From Vampirovibrionaceae bacterium NZW_1234 (GTDB lineage Bacteria > Cyanobacteriota > Vampirovibrionia > Vampirovibrionales > JAGQHJ01): a stretch of 64,000 nucleotides of DNA. The stretch covers positions 96,001-160,000 of the forward strand of contig JBGUGD010000001.1 of NCBI GenBank assembly GCA_041697335.1, written 5' to 3'. The stretch's first letter is position 1. Every line of letters starts with the position of its first letter. A program made the translations under genes and the position numbers. The notes beneath the pieces are model-generated. The model made no database searches, had not been told where the DNA came from, and worked only from the letters and a program-made list of their open reading frames with translations. Below are positions 20,713 to 30,368 of this stretch, one piece after another.

Positions 20713-21384
20713 TCATCCTGAGGTTTGGGAGCGGTTTGAATCCCCTAACAATTGGGCGAGGCGTTGTTCGAGCTTAAGCCAGTCTCCTGCAAGCTGGAGC
20801 AGGCCTGACACGCGTGATCCGATCGGCCTCGGTTGTCTCGGCTGAGAATCGGCCCGTTGTCCTCCAATACCAGAGTCTTGGTCAGTAAAGCGCTGGCCTT
20901 GCCTTTCTGACAGTCTTTGGGAGGAGTTGGAATTGCCTAACAACTGGGCGAGGCGTTGCTCGAGCTTAAGCCAGTCTCCTGCGAGCTGGAGCATGTTTGA
21001 CACGCGTGATCCGATTTGCCTTGCTTGTCTCGGTCGAGAACCAGCCCGTTGCCCGGCAGGATCAGAGCCCTGTTCAGAAAAGAGCCGGCCCTGTGTTTGT
21101 GGCAGGCTTGGGGATGCGAATGGGTCAACCCGGGGTTGACTCAACAACCCCGGATTCGTTCTTTGCCAATTATTTTCAAGGCGTTGTTGTATCTCGAAAT
21201 AATCCTGGACCTGGCCTAAAGCACGTGAGATGTTAAACCCTTGGGGGGTATACATATCCGAGGGGAAAAAGCCAGTTTGTGCTACGTCTTGAACAGCAGC
21301 CCAATTGCTGAGTTTTTCCAGCTCCCGGCTCAGGCGACCCCAGGGCGTCGATCCCATGAAGGAATTGTTGGCATTGCCAAACAT
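20713..21384 (-). CDS. Gln/Arg/Ser-rich hypothetical protein with a 64-aa internal duplication
   Basis: AAGGAG RBS; LQLAGDWLKLEQRLAQLLG occurs twice; DNA repeat offset 192 nt. Confidence 0.8.
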   Translation of the reverse strand: MFGNANNSFMGSTPWGRLSRELEKLSNWAAVQDVAQTGFFPSDMYTPQGFNISRALGQVQDYFEIQQRLENNWQRTNPGLLSQPRVDPFASPSLPQTQGRLFSEQGSDPAGQRAGSRPRQARQIGSRVSNMLQLAGDWLKLEQRLAQLLGNSNSSQRLSERQGQRFTDQDSGIGGQRADSQPRQPRPIGSRVSGLLQLAGDWLKLEQRLAQLLGDSNRSQTSG

Positions 21385-21451
21385 GCGGGGCTCCTTCCAT
21401 AGCTTATATCAATGTTTGGAAATAGACGGGAGATGATGTGCCAATTGCTTT

Positions 21452-22126
21452 CTAGGTCAATAATTCAGCTAATCCCTGAACGAGAGGGTTCTCGCCGCCG
21501 GGACGGCCGCCTTCACCTTGGCCGCCTTCGCCCATGATGCGCTCAAGTAAGCCGTTTAGAAGTTGACCCAGAATGCCTTCCGGTCCGTTGCCATTTCCGG
21601 CGCCACGGCCACCCCCGCCATTCTGGTTGGGAATCTGGTTTGGATCCATATTCTGCCGCAGGAACTGCCGGGCTTCGTCGTCATCCATTTCATCGGCCAT
21701 ATCTTCGGCCGTATCGCGATCGACGCCCATTTGTTGTTCCAGCACCCGGGCCACTTCGTCTTCCAGATCGTCGTCATCAATGTTATTGACGCGTTGCTCA
21801 ATGGCATCCTGATCGATGCGATCCTGAAGCAGGGCGGCGGTTAGCTGGCGTAATGCCTGCATTTCCGCCTCCTGAGCGGCCTGGTTGTTATTGTTGGCCC
21901 GCCCTTGTCCGGCGTTGGCGTTGTTGTTGGCATTGCCGTTGCCTTGAACATTATTATTGTTGTTATTGGCATTGTTGTTATTGTTGGTGTTTTCTTCGGG
22001 CCCACCCATGCGGTCTTCCATGGCATCCAGACGGTTGTTCATCCGATCCATGCCCCGTTGCAGATTTTGGGCCATATCTTGCCATGCCGCAGCATTGTTT
22101 CCGTTAATTATGACGTTACCAGCCAT
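21452..22126 (-). CDS. Asn/Gly/Asp-rich low-complexity hypothetical protein
   Basis: GAGGAG RBS before ATG 22126; 224 aa. Confidence 0.85.
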   Translation of the reverse strand: MAGNVIINGNNAAAWQDMAQNLQRGMDRMNNRLDAMEDRMGGPEENTNNNNNANNNNNNVQGNGNANNNANAGQGRANNNNQAAQEAEMQALRQLTAALLQDRIDQDAIEQRVNNIDDDDLEDEVARVLEQQMGVDRDTAEDMADEMDDDEARQFLRQNMDPNQIPNQNGGGGRGAGNGNGPEGILGQLLNGLLERIMGEGGQGEGGRPGGENPLVQGLAELLT

Positions 22127-22476
22127 TTGTCGCTCCTCACACGCGTAACTATCTTCTGCCACCGATATCGGTGTCATAAACACTAACGAACCTACATCCT
22201 AAGCGTATAAAAACAAACGTTAAAATTTTTTTGACAGCTTTTTTTAGAATTTTTTTCATCCACTTAAGACGGCTTAAGAATTGGGGGCATATGGGGAGGT
22301 CGGGGGGAGACGGGGCTCTGCCTGTTTTTTTTACACGTCTCTCACACGTTTCTCGCAGGGACAAAGGCGGGTTCTGCTATCAGTGTCGACTGTGGACGCA
22401 TGGTCGGGTTATCAGGCTTGTTGGTGAGGGACCTGGCTGAGGCAGCTCACTTTTTTTGCCGCTACTCAGGAAATGC

Positions 22477-22505
22477 TTGACGTGCCCGAGTGGAGTTGTT
22501 ATTTT
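22477..22505 (+). promoter_or_regulatory. sigma70-like promoter of tRNA-Lys
   Basis: TTGACG-17 nt-TATTTT with extended TGn. Confidence 0.55.
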
Positions 22506-22529
22506 GTGTAAGACTTGATTATGTCTTGT

Positions 22530-22601
22530 GCGTCCTTAGCTCAGCGGTAGAGCACTCCCCTTTTAAGGGATAGGTCCTGAGTTCGAATCTCAGAGGACGC
22601 A
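22530..22601 (+). tRNA. tRNA-Lys(UUU)
   Basis: Acceptor stem GCGTCCT/AGGACGC, D arm GCTC/GAGC, anticodon loop CTTTTAA, T arm CTGAG-TTCGAAT-CTCAG; CCA not encoded; C-U mismatch at the top of the anticodon stem. Confidence 0.95.
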
Positions 22602-22667
22602 TTTTCCCCTCCATATAAGGTTGTGTATGCGCCCCAATGAAGACGTTGTGGGTGCGTTTTTTTGCTT

Positions 22668-24308
22668 TTAAAGAACGTCGAGTGCCGGGGCGATGGGAGA
22701 AAAACTGTCGGGGTTGGCGCGATGCCAGTCTTTTCGAAAGCTCGCAGGAATTGGGTCTTTAAGCAGGCTATCGGGGGCAAGATAGTCATAAATGTAGCTT
22801 AAGGGGAGCACATGGGTTGGGCTGATGCGGCGTTGGATATGGAAAGGTTGAAGCTCCGAGGGGTGCGATAGTCCGGCTGCAGCGAGGATCTCCATAAAGG
22901 CATGGACCGTGCCGTCGTGGAAATTCTGGACCCGCCGCCATTTGTCTTCCACAACCAGGCCTTTGACCAGATCCGGATTTTGGGTGGCCACCCCGGTTGG
23001 GCAAGTGTTGGCATGGCACTGCAAGGCTTGAATACAGCCCAAGGCAAACATCATACCTCGGGCGGAATTGCACAAGTCGGCACCCATGGCGATTTTTGAC
23101 GCGATATGAAACCCGGTGGTTACTTTGCCGCTGGCTATGAGGCGAATATGTTGGCGCAACCCACAGCCGACCAGGGCGCTATGAACAAAGGTCAAAGCGT
23201 CATCCAGGGGGGTGCCTACGGAATCGGAAAACTCCAGGGGAGCAGCCCCGGTTCCGCCTTCACCGCCATCGACGGTAATAAAATCAGGATAAATGCCTGT
23301 CTCCAGCATGGCTTTGCAGATGGCCAGAAACTCATGCCGATGGCCCAGGCACAGTTTGAAGCCGATGGGCTTGCCGTCGGACAGTGTGCGCAGGCGATCA
23401 ATAAACAGCAACAACTCACGCGGTGTGGAAAAAGCCGAGTGCCACGGTGGGGACAGAACATCTTCTCCCATGGGCACCAGACGGATGGACGCAATCTCGG
23501 GTGTGATTTTTTCCTTGGGCAAAATCCCCCCGTGGCCGGGCTTGGCTCCCTGGGAGAGTTTGATCTCAATCATTTTAATTTGGGGCAGGGCGGCTTTTTC
23601 CTGGAAACGATCCGGGCAAAAGGCGCCGTCCGGGGTACGGCAGCTGAAATAGCCGGTGCCAATCTGCCAGATGAGATCCCCACCGGGCTCCAGGTGGTAA
23701 GGGCTGAGGCCCCCTTCGCCGGTGTTATGGGCAAACCCACCGGCTTTGGCGCCTTTATTCAAGGCCAGAACGGCATTTTTGCTGAGGGCACCATAACTCA
23801 TGGCTGAAATATTGAAAATGGAGGCATCGTAAGGCTGGGTGCACTGAGGCCCCCCGACGCGAATGCGAAAGGGTTCCGTTGGCATGGGTTTTGGGCTTAG
23901 GGCGTGGTTGATCCATTCATAGCCGATGTCATAGACATTGCGCTTGGTGCCGAAGGGATGGGTGTTCAGATCTTTCTTGGCCCGTTGATAAATGTTGGCC
24001 CGTTTCACTCGATCGAAGGGGCGTCCGTCGATGTCGGATTCGATGAAATATTGGTTGATTTCCGGGCGAATGGATTCCAATAAATAACGCCCATGGCCCA
24101 GGATCGGGAAATTCCGGAGCACGGCATGGCGCTTTTGAAAGACATCATGAAGGCCTACGCCAATGAGCGGCAAGGCCAGAGCATAGGCAAAGCGAGCTGC
24201 CGGCCAGGCAATGGCCCACGTCTCGATGCTTAACAGGGAGATGGCCGATGCGAAATAAAAAATACGCCGGATGGGAATTTTCCCGAACACCGCTGCTCTG
24301 CTCCACAC
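22668..24308 (-). CDS. FMN-binding glutamate synthase family protein (membrane-anchored)
   Basis: SAMSYGALS, NTGEGG, EIKLSQGAKPGHGG, DGGEGGTGAAP and CIQALQCHANTCPTG (3Fe-4S) motifs. Confidence 0.92.
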   Translation of the reverse strand: MWSRAAVFGKIPIRRIFYFASAISLLSIETWAIAWPAARFAYALALPLIGVGLHDVFQKRHAVLRNFPILGHGRYLLESIRPEINQYFIESDIDGRPFDRVKRANIYQRAKKDLNTHPFGTKRNVYDIGYEWINHALSPKPMPTEPFRIRVGGPQCTQPYDASIFNISAMSYGALSKNAVLALNKGAKAGGFAHNTGEGGLSPYHLEPGGDLIWQIGTGYFSCRTPDGAFCPDRFQEKAALPQIKMIEIKLSQGAKPGHGGILPKEKITPEIASIRLVPMGEDVLSPPWHSAFSTPRELLLFIDRLRTLSDGKPIGFKLCLGHRHEFLAICKAMLETGIYPDFITVDGGEGGTGAAPLEFSDSVGTPLDDALTFVHSALVGCGLRQHIRLIASGKVTTGFHIASKIAMGADLCNSARGMMFALGCIQALQCHANTCPTGVATQNPDLVKGLVVEDKWRRVQNFHDGTVHAFMEILAAAGLSHPSELQPFHIQRRISPTHVLPLSYIYDYLAPDSLLKDPIPASFRKDWHRANPDSFSPIAPALDVL

Positions 24309-24564
24309 CTTAAGGACTGTTCCTTCAGTTTACGAAAGCGACCATGCAAGGGAATCCTTCTTTTGGTGGAGCCAGGGTGCAGCCAAATGGCTACGGTCTT
24401 AAGAATGACTTAAGAATTGGGGTAACAACAAGGGGGCAAATTATTGTTTTTATAACAGTATCTCATTGGTTGAAGAGACCGTGAACCGTGAATCGAAGAA
24501 TCGGCACATCTAAATCCCCGTGCTGGTTTGAAATATCGGATATTGTGCTGGAGGAAACAATACA

Positions 24565-25062
24565 ATGGCTTTTGGTAATCTTCGAGGTGTCCCTCAACGG
24601 CAACCCAGTGTCAACGGTGGCAACAACCCCATGATGCCTGACATGACCAATGGTGCCAATGGCAACAATTTAATGGCGCAGCTCATTAATAGTCCATCGG
24701 CCAACCCAGGAGCACGTCCTGCTGGCGATGGCCAGGCGCCCGGAGGCGGTAATGCCGGCATTGATCCGCGGCAGATGTTTCAGGATGTGCGTAGCTTTTT
24801 AACCGGTGGTGGTGGCTTGCCTGACTATCTGACCGGTGGGGCCCAAGGCGGCAACGCTGGGACGCCTACAAATCTGGGTGAGGGGCTGCGCGGCATTTTT
24901 GGCAATGGCTCGAATAACGGGGCCCAGACACCGGGTGCCGATGCGTTGGCTCAGCGGCCTGGTGGTCCCAATTTAGGCCAGAACCCCGGGCTTCAGGCCA
25001 TGGGTGACATCTTTGATATGACTCGGCGCCTGGATCTGCAATCGGGGGCTTCCGGCATGTAA
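24565..25062 (+). CDS. Gly/Asn/Pro-rich low-complexity hypothetical protein
   Basis: GGAGG RBS; 165 aa with no Lys or Cys. Confidence 0.8.
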   Translation: MAFGNLRGVPQRQPSVNGGNNPMMPDMTNGANGNNLMAQLINSPSANPGARPAGDGQAPGGGNAGIDPRQMFQDVRSFLTGGGGLPDYLTGGAQGGNAGTPTNLGEGLRGIFGNGSNNGAQTPGADALAQRPGGPNLGQNPGLQAMGDIFDMTRRLDLQSGASGM

Positions 25063-25441
25063 TCGCTTGCTATGCCTGCTTTGAAGGCCTACTGGGGCTT
25101 TTTACCGGGTTTTCTGATCCATTTCCATCGGGCCTGGTGAGTCACCGGAAAATAGGGATTGACACGCTTTTTCGGTATTCTTGTGTCAGGTTGGGCTTGG
25201 GATCTTAATGAATCCCTAATGTTTGACCTGACACAAATTATTGCTTTGGGTGTTTTTATATAAACACAAGGTGAAAATAACTCACCGACTCCCAACTCTC
25301 TCTCTCGTTTCTCGTGTGTGTGATAAAAACCCCTTTTTTCATCCCGAATGAATGATGCCGGATAAGCCCATTATCGTGTGCATTGTTTTTCCCTGATAAA
25401 TCAACCGTGTGTATGTGTGTGTGTTAAGGAGGTTCTCTGAA

Positions 25442-26164
25442 ATGGTTATCGCTCGTCCAATCGGTGGTCGTCCCACGACCCCGCCCACTCGTCCTACGAC
25501 GCCCCCCAGACCGACGACTCCCCCAACAACCCCGTCGCCAACCACGCCGCCCGTGACCGGGACTAGCAATAACGGCGACCGGACGTTGATGCTTCAGATT
25601 TTATTGCTCCTGTTGCAAATGATTATGAAAATGCAGCAGACCCCCCGCTTTCCCTTCGGTGCCGGCGGTGGTTATAACCGAGCCTTCGGTGGTGGTTTAA
25701 GCGCTGGCTCGGGAAGCAGTTCCTCTCCCCGGTTCCCGAATTCGCTGTTCCCCTCGTTCAGCAATTCGCCGACCCTGCCTTTGGCGCCGCAACGCTTGGA
25801 TTCCCCATTTCGAAATACCGGTGACCTGACCCTGGATCGCTTAGTTGCGCCAGGCACCCCGGTGGCTCCCAATGACTATAACAGCACGGATTTTCTGACC
25901 GGCTTGAGCCAGTTTACCTCGCCATTCGGGCGACAGGTTGGGCCCAACACCACGCTGGAAGAAGCCCGAAATGCAACGCTGGCCGTACAATCCTACCTGC
26001 CCAGCAATATCAACAAGCAGCTGAACCTTGGATTGTTGCTCACCCAGTTGAATGCACGGGATCCTCAGCCTCTGGATCAACCGGAATACGCCCAGGCGCT
26101 GTTCGACCTGACGGGTAACATTGACCCTCAAACCCAGGCGCTGTTCAGAATCCCCGGTTTCTAG
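25442..26164 (+). CDS. Hypothetical protein with PTTP repeats and a Leu/Met/Gln helix
   Basis: AAGGAGG RBS before ATG 25442; terminator-like stem downstream. Confidence 0.85.
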   Translation: MVIARPIGGRPTTPPTRPTTPPRPTTPPTTPSPTTPPVTGTSNNGDRTLMLQILLLLLQMIMKMQQTPRFPFGAGGGYNRAFGGGLSAGSGSSSSPRFPNSLFPSFSNSPTLPLAPQRLDSPFRNTGDLTLDRLVAPGTPVAPNDYNSTDFLTGLSQFTSPFGRQVGPNTTLEEARNATLAVQSYLPSNINKQLNLGLLLTQLNARDPQPLDQPEYAQALFDLTGNIDPQTQALFRIPGF

Positions 26165-26273
26165 AATCAAGTTTTCGCTACCGTTACGAGTTCTCTTCTA
26201 CAACAACACAACACAACAACACAACACAAATCAGGGTAAATGAGATTCCTATAGTGTGGGAATAATGGGCTGT

Positions 26274-26315
26274 GTCGGGAGGTTTGGCCACGTGCCAGGC
26301 CTCCCGACTTATTTA
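26274..26315 (+). terminator. Probable terminator
   Basis: GTCGGGAGG...CCTCCCGAC stem followed by TATTTATT. Confidence 0.55.
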
Positions 26316-26452
26316 TTACAGAAGGCTGGACAATACCATTGAGAGTAACGCTGCTTCTGGAAAAGGACGCTTTGGCGCCAAGGGCTGATTGTTTTCGGCC
26401 AAGGAGTGTCGTACACTGAAATGCAGTTTTTCGCACCGTAACTGAAGTTTGA

Positions 26453-27412
26453 ATGATGACCGCCTCAAAGCCCGATCCGACTCCAAATTCTCCTCGCCCG
26501 GTGTCCGGGGGACCTTTGATGCCAGGGGCCTCTCCTTCCGGGGCTGGTATCTTGCCGCTCTTTGCTGAGACATTCCTGTTGGTGGGCCGGTACTTTATTA
26601 TTGTTTACCCGGTGTTTCTGTATTTCATTCTGAGCAGTTTTCTGCTGCCCCACACGACACCGGATTTCAGCCATTGGGCCTGGTGGGTTGTCAGCTTGGG
26701 CCTGGTCGCCATTTTGTATATTTTCAAGGCCGGCTGGAGTCTGATGATGTACCGGGCCGTGAAAGAATGGCAGGTGTTTCAGCAACGCTTACTGCAAGGA
26801 CCAGTTGCCGACGCGGATGAGCCGTTTCCGCTACCCATGATTCCTTTTTCCCTCCTAAAAGAGTTTATTCCCGGCATGGGACAATATGGCCTGACGTTTT
26901 TACTGGGCGGCATTCTTTGGGCGCTGTGCGTGATTACTCCCATCGGCCTGTTGGTTTGGGGAGCCTATCACTGGATTGGCAGTCCGGAGTTTATTTTGCC
27001 CTTGTATAACCAGAATACCCTCACGTTTCAAGACTTCCAGCAGTTTTGGGATCGCTTGCCGATGCATCAGAAAACCCAGTTGAGTCAATGGAACCTTGTC
27101 TCCATGGCGGCGATGGGGATTCTGTTCATCGTCAATGCCCTGACGCTGTATTGGCAACAATACGTGATTTTGAAAGACACCCATGCCTTTAAAGCCTTTT
27201 GGCTCAGTGCCCGGCGCGCCGTTCGGCACCCCTTCCAGACGGTCCTGATTCTGGTTTATTTCTGGACCTTTTACCTGTTTTTCTCCCTGGTCGGGAATAT
27301 GTCTGATGTGTTGGCCTTTTTGGGTATCTTCCTGCTGATTCTGACCATGGTCTACTTTGGTCTGTTCCTGTTTTTGTATCTTCTGCGGATCGATGCCGAA
27401 GCAACCCCCTGA
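26453..27412 (+). CDS. Multi-pass membrane protein
   Basis: About six hydrophobic segments; overlaps the miaA start. Confidence 0.8.
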   Translation: MMTASKPDPTPNSPRPVSGGPLMPGASPSGAGILPLFAETFLLVGRYFIIVYPVFLYFILSSFLLPHTTPDFSHWAWWVVSLGLVAILYIFKAGWSLMMYRAVKEWQVFQQRLLQGPVADADEPFPLPMIPFSLLKEFIPGMGQYGLTFLLGGILWALCVITPIGLLVWGAYHWIGSPEFILPLYNQNTLTFQDFQQFWDRLPMHQKTQLSQWNLVSMAAMGILFIVNALTLYWQQYVILKDTHAFKAFWLSARRAVRHPFQTVLILVYFWTFYLFFSLVGNMSDVLAFLGIFLLILTMVYFGLFLFLYLLRIDAEATP

Positions 27413-28310
27413 GGTTATTGTTGTTGCAGGCCCGACAGCCACGGGGAAGACCCGTGTGGGCGCAAGTATTGCCAAGCACTTGGGCTCCGAAGTCATTTCG
27501 GCGGATTCCCAATTGGTGTATCAGGAGCTGTCCATTGGTGTGGCCAAGCCCACGGCTGAGGAAATGCACGGGGTGGTCCACCACATGATCGATGTGGTTA
27601 CTCCGACGGAGCAGTTTTCTGCGGGACAATATGCGGATATGGCTCGGCCTATTCTGGAACGATTGCTTTCGGAAGGGCGATCGCCTGTTGTTGTAGGTGG
27701 CACCGGGTTTTATATCCGAGCCTTGCTCCAGCCCGGCCATATTCCCCAGGTGCCTGTGGATGAGGCCTATCGGGCGCAGTTGCGAGACCGCCTGGCGGAG
27801 GAGGGACCCGAAGCCTTGTATCAGGAGCTGCTGGTGCGGGATCCCCAACGAGCGTCTCAATTGCATCCCAATGATACGGTTCGGGTGATCCGGGCGCTGG
27901 AGATTATTGAAGCGACCGGAAAGCCAGTGGAAGCCAGCCCCGTGGAACCTGTCTACCCTACGCGGGCCATTGGGCTTCGCTATGCCGATCGGGAGCGCCA
28001 GTGGGCCCAGATCAATCGGCGTCTGGAGGCCATGATGGCTGAAGGTTTTTTGGAAGAGGCCCGACAGGTGTATGGCCGCTACGGGTTTTGTGAAGCACTG
28101 CATAATGCCCATGGGTACCCAGAGCTGATTCAGGTCCTGGAAGGGCAACGCACTCTGGAGGATGCCATTGGCCAGATACAGATCAATATTCGCCAGTACA
28201 GCAAGCGCCAATTGACATGGTTTAATCGTTTTCCCGGTATTCAGTGGTATTGTGTCGACCAGATGGGGTTGGATGAAGTTGTTACGGATGTCGTTGCTTT
28301 ATATCGTTGA
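27393..28310 (+). CDS. miaA: tRNA dimethylallyltransferase
   Basis: GPTATGKT, ISADS, VGGTGFY and YSKRQLTWF motifs. Confidence 0.95.
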   Translation: MPKQPPEVIVVAGPTATGKTRVGASIAKHLGSEVISADSQLVYQELSIGVAKPTAEEMHGVVHHMIDVVTPTEQFSAGQYADMARPILERLLSEGRSPVVVGGTGFYIRALLQPGHIPQVPVDEAYRAQLRDRLAEEGPEALYQELLVRDPQRASQLHPNDTVRVIRALEIIEATGKPVEASPVEPVYPTRAIGLRYADRERQWAQINRRLEAMMAEGFLEEARQVYGRYGFCEALHNAHGYPELIQVLEGQRTLEDAIGQIQINIRQYSKRQLTWFNRFPGIQWYCVDQMGLDEVVTDVVALYR

Positions 28311-28770
28311 CCCGGGCAGGGGATCTTCCTTAAGATGACTGGTGTCGTAATTTTGTTGACTGTCTTGATTTGATTTTTTGTTTTCCGAGTTGTTTTGTTT
28401 GTAAGGAGCGATAGTGAGTTGGTCTGGCAGGAGCGCCCGTTTCATGTCTCTGAAGACACCCGGCTCCCGGTAACACAACCCTTGAAGGACATGACCTTTA
28501 TTCACTGTCCCATGACGGTTGCCTTGCGTACTCGCACGCCGATTTACAAGGACTATGTCCTGTCCTCGGAACCCTATTTGCTGAATTAGGCTGGCGATGC
28601 CCTGCCCTTTAGTTGGGTTGGTGAGTCAGGATGCCTCCAGAATTTAAAAAAAAAGAAAGAGCAGGCTGTTTGGGAGAGGGCAGGGGATGTAACAGCGCTG
28701 CTCTTATTCTGCTTATTGTGCTGATAATCTGTGAGTGTTTGCGATAGCTTGAAGAGAGGGGATAGGTGTG

Positions 28771-29610
28771 TTATTTCCAGAGCCGTTTCCAGGCACTTGA
28801 GATTTTTTGCCCAACAGCCGATGCCGCATTGGAGACCTTTTCAGCGGCAGTGCTGACGGCATTGGAAATCTGGCTTGAGGAGACTTTGCCTACACCTGGA
28901 ATAGTGGCTGTAACGCCTTCCTTGGTGCTGTAGCCGACACCGACTTCAACGCCCTTGATTTTGACCGAGGCGTCAACAAATTCGCCTCGCTCCTCAGACT
29001 TTCCGGCAGTGACGCCCACTTCGGCATTCAACTTCTTGCCCAGGCCGACTTCGACTTTGGCCTCGACCGACTTTTCGCCGGGCTTGTCGGTGACAATGAC
29101 ACTGGGACTGCAGCTGACCGGGCCAACTTTTCCTTCCACCTTGGCCCCGTATTTGCCGTCTTCGCCGGTGTATACTGTGGCGGCCCCGCCTACGGACGCA
29201 TCGATTCCGGCGACACCGACTTTGCCGATGGCAGCGACTTCGGTTTTTTCTTTGCTGACGTTGGCGCCAAGTTTTGCGGAACCTTCCAACGGAACACCTT
29301 CAAATGTTGTGGTGCTTTTCACCTCGGCCATGGCGCCAACGCCGTCTTTGGCATTGCAGTTGGCTTTGGCACTTGCGCCCAAGGAGCCGGTCATGTCATA
29401 GCCGTTTACCTTGGCTTTCCAGTCCGCCCCGGCAGCAGCACCGGCCTTGGGGCCATCTGCGCCATTCGAGGCATAGGCCTCGGTGGTGATTTTTTCATCG
29501 TAATTTGTGACGTTGATCTTTTTTTCAGCAGGCTTCCTGTCCGAAGGAACTGCATGCAACGGCGCGCCATAGCTTTTCGCATATGGCTTTACCCCTGAGG
29601 ATAAGCTCAT
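28771..29610 (-). CDS. Gly/Ala/Val/Lys-rich beta-strand-repeat hypothetical protein
   Basis: GGAGG RBS; alternating small-residue pattern; amphipathic C-terminus ISSAWKRLWK. Confidence 0.8.
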   Translation of the reverse strand: MSLSSGVKPYAKSYGAPLHAVPSDRKPAEKKINVTNYDEKITTEAYASNGADGPKAGAAAGADWKAKVNGYDMTGSLGASAKANCNAKDGVGAMAEVKSTTTFEGVPLEGSAKLGANVSKEKTEVAAIGKVGVAGIDASVGGAATVYTGEDGKYGAKVEGKVGPVSCSPSVIVTDKPGEKSVEAKVEVGLGKKLNAEVGVTAGKSEERGEFVDASVKIKGVEVGVGYSTKEGVTATIPGVGKVSSSQISNAVSTAAEKVSNAASAVGQKISSAWKRLWK

Positions 29611-30101
29611 ACTATATAGCCTCCAATGTCCAGCCTAGTCGTAATATCTAAAGAAACGAGTAATATTTGTATTAATATAAAAATAATTATTGAAAGATTT
29701 TTGATAGCGGAATTCGGCTGAGTTAATTGTTATAAAAACAATCAATTGCTGGGCACTTTTGAAAAGAACCTGGTGGCGTGATTCGAGAAGTCTTTTGGAT
29801 CGGATACCCAGTTTGAGGCACAGGTCTCTGAAATGCGAAGTTTTTTTAAGTATCCGTACTTTGTCTTACCTCTGGATTTGAGAAAGATATAAGCCGCGGC
29901 TGCACTCGTTTTGCACAGCCTGACCGCCTGGTCAGGTGAACCGATGAGGCGGGTGAGGGGCCTCTGGTTTTTTGTCGACATGATGAATTGAAAACATCGA
30001 TTTTCAGCGTGCATCATAGGGAATGGTATACGGTGAAAACGCTTCAGCCTGATTGATAGTGGGCTGAGCCGTTCTGAAACTATTAATTAAGAGGAGGGTC
30101 T

Positions 30102-30368
30102 ATGGTTCCGCATTCCAAAGATGAATTGCAACAACGTAAGGAAGAGCTTCAGAAAAACGCTGAGATTGCCTATACGCAAGTTCCAACCCAGGAAGAGATG
30201 CTGAATGGAGGCAAGCCCGTTGAAAAACCGGCCGATAAAGAAGAGAATCTGAAAAAAACCGAGAAGTCCCAGGAGACGGGGCACAAGCATCACGACCAGG
30301 CGTTAGCCCAGGATATTGATGAGGCGCTTTACGAAGCGGCGCAACAAGGCAATATTGGCGGTGATTAG
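30102..30368 (+). CDS. Small hydrophilic acidic hypothetical protein
   Basis: GAGGAGG RBS; 88 aa. Confidence 0.7.
   Translation: MVPHSKDELQQRKEELQKNAEIAYTQVPTQEEMLNGGKPVEKPADKEENLKKTEKSQETGHKHHDQALAQDIDEALYEAAQQGNIGGD

Noticed and set aside
22530..22601. tRNA-Lys as an island integration site
   Set aside because: I saw no integrase and no duplicated tRNA 3' end in the window.
27204..28211. Long antisense ORFs (also 46642-47562, 34990-35850, 56920-57825, 7911-8666)
   Set aside because: They are shadows of well-supported genes on the opposite strand and carry no motifs.
28395..28589. 64-aa ORF after miaA, where hfq often lies
   Set aside because: It has no Sm/Hfq motif, a TTG start, and the nearby AAGGAG serves a different short frame; it cannot be supported.
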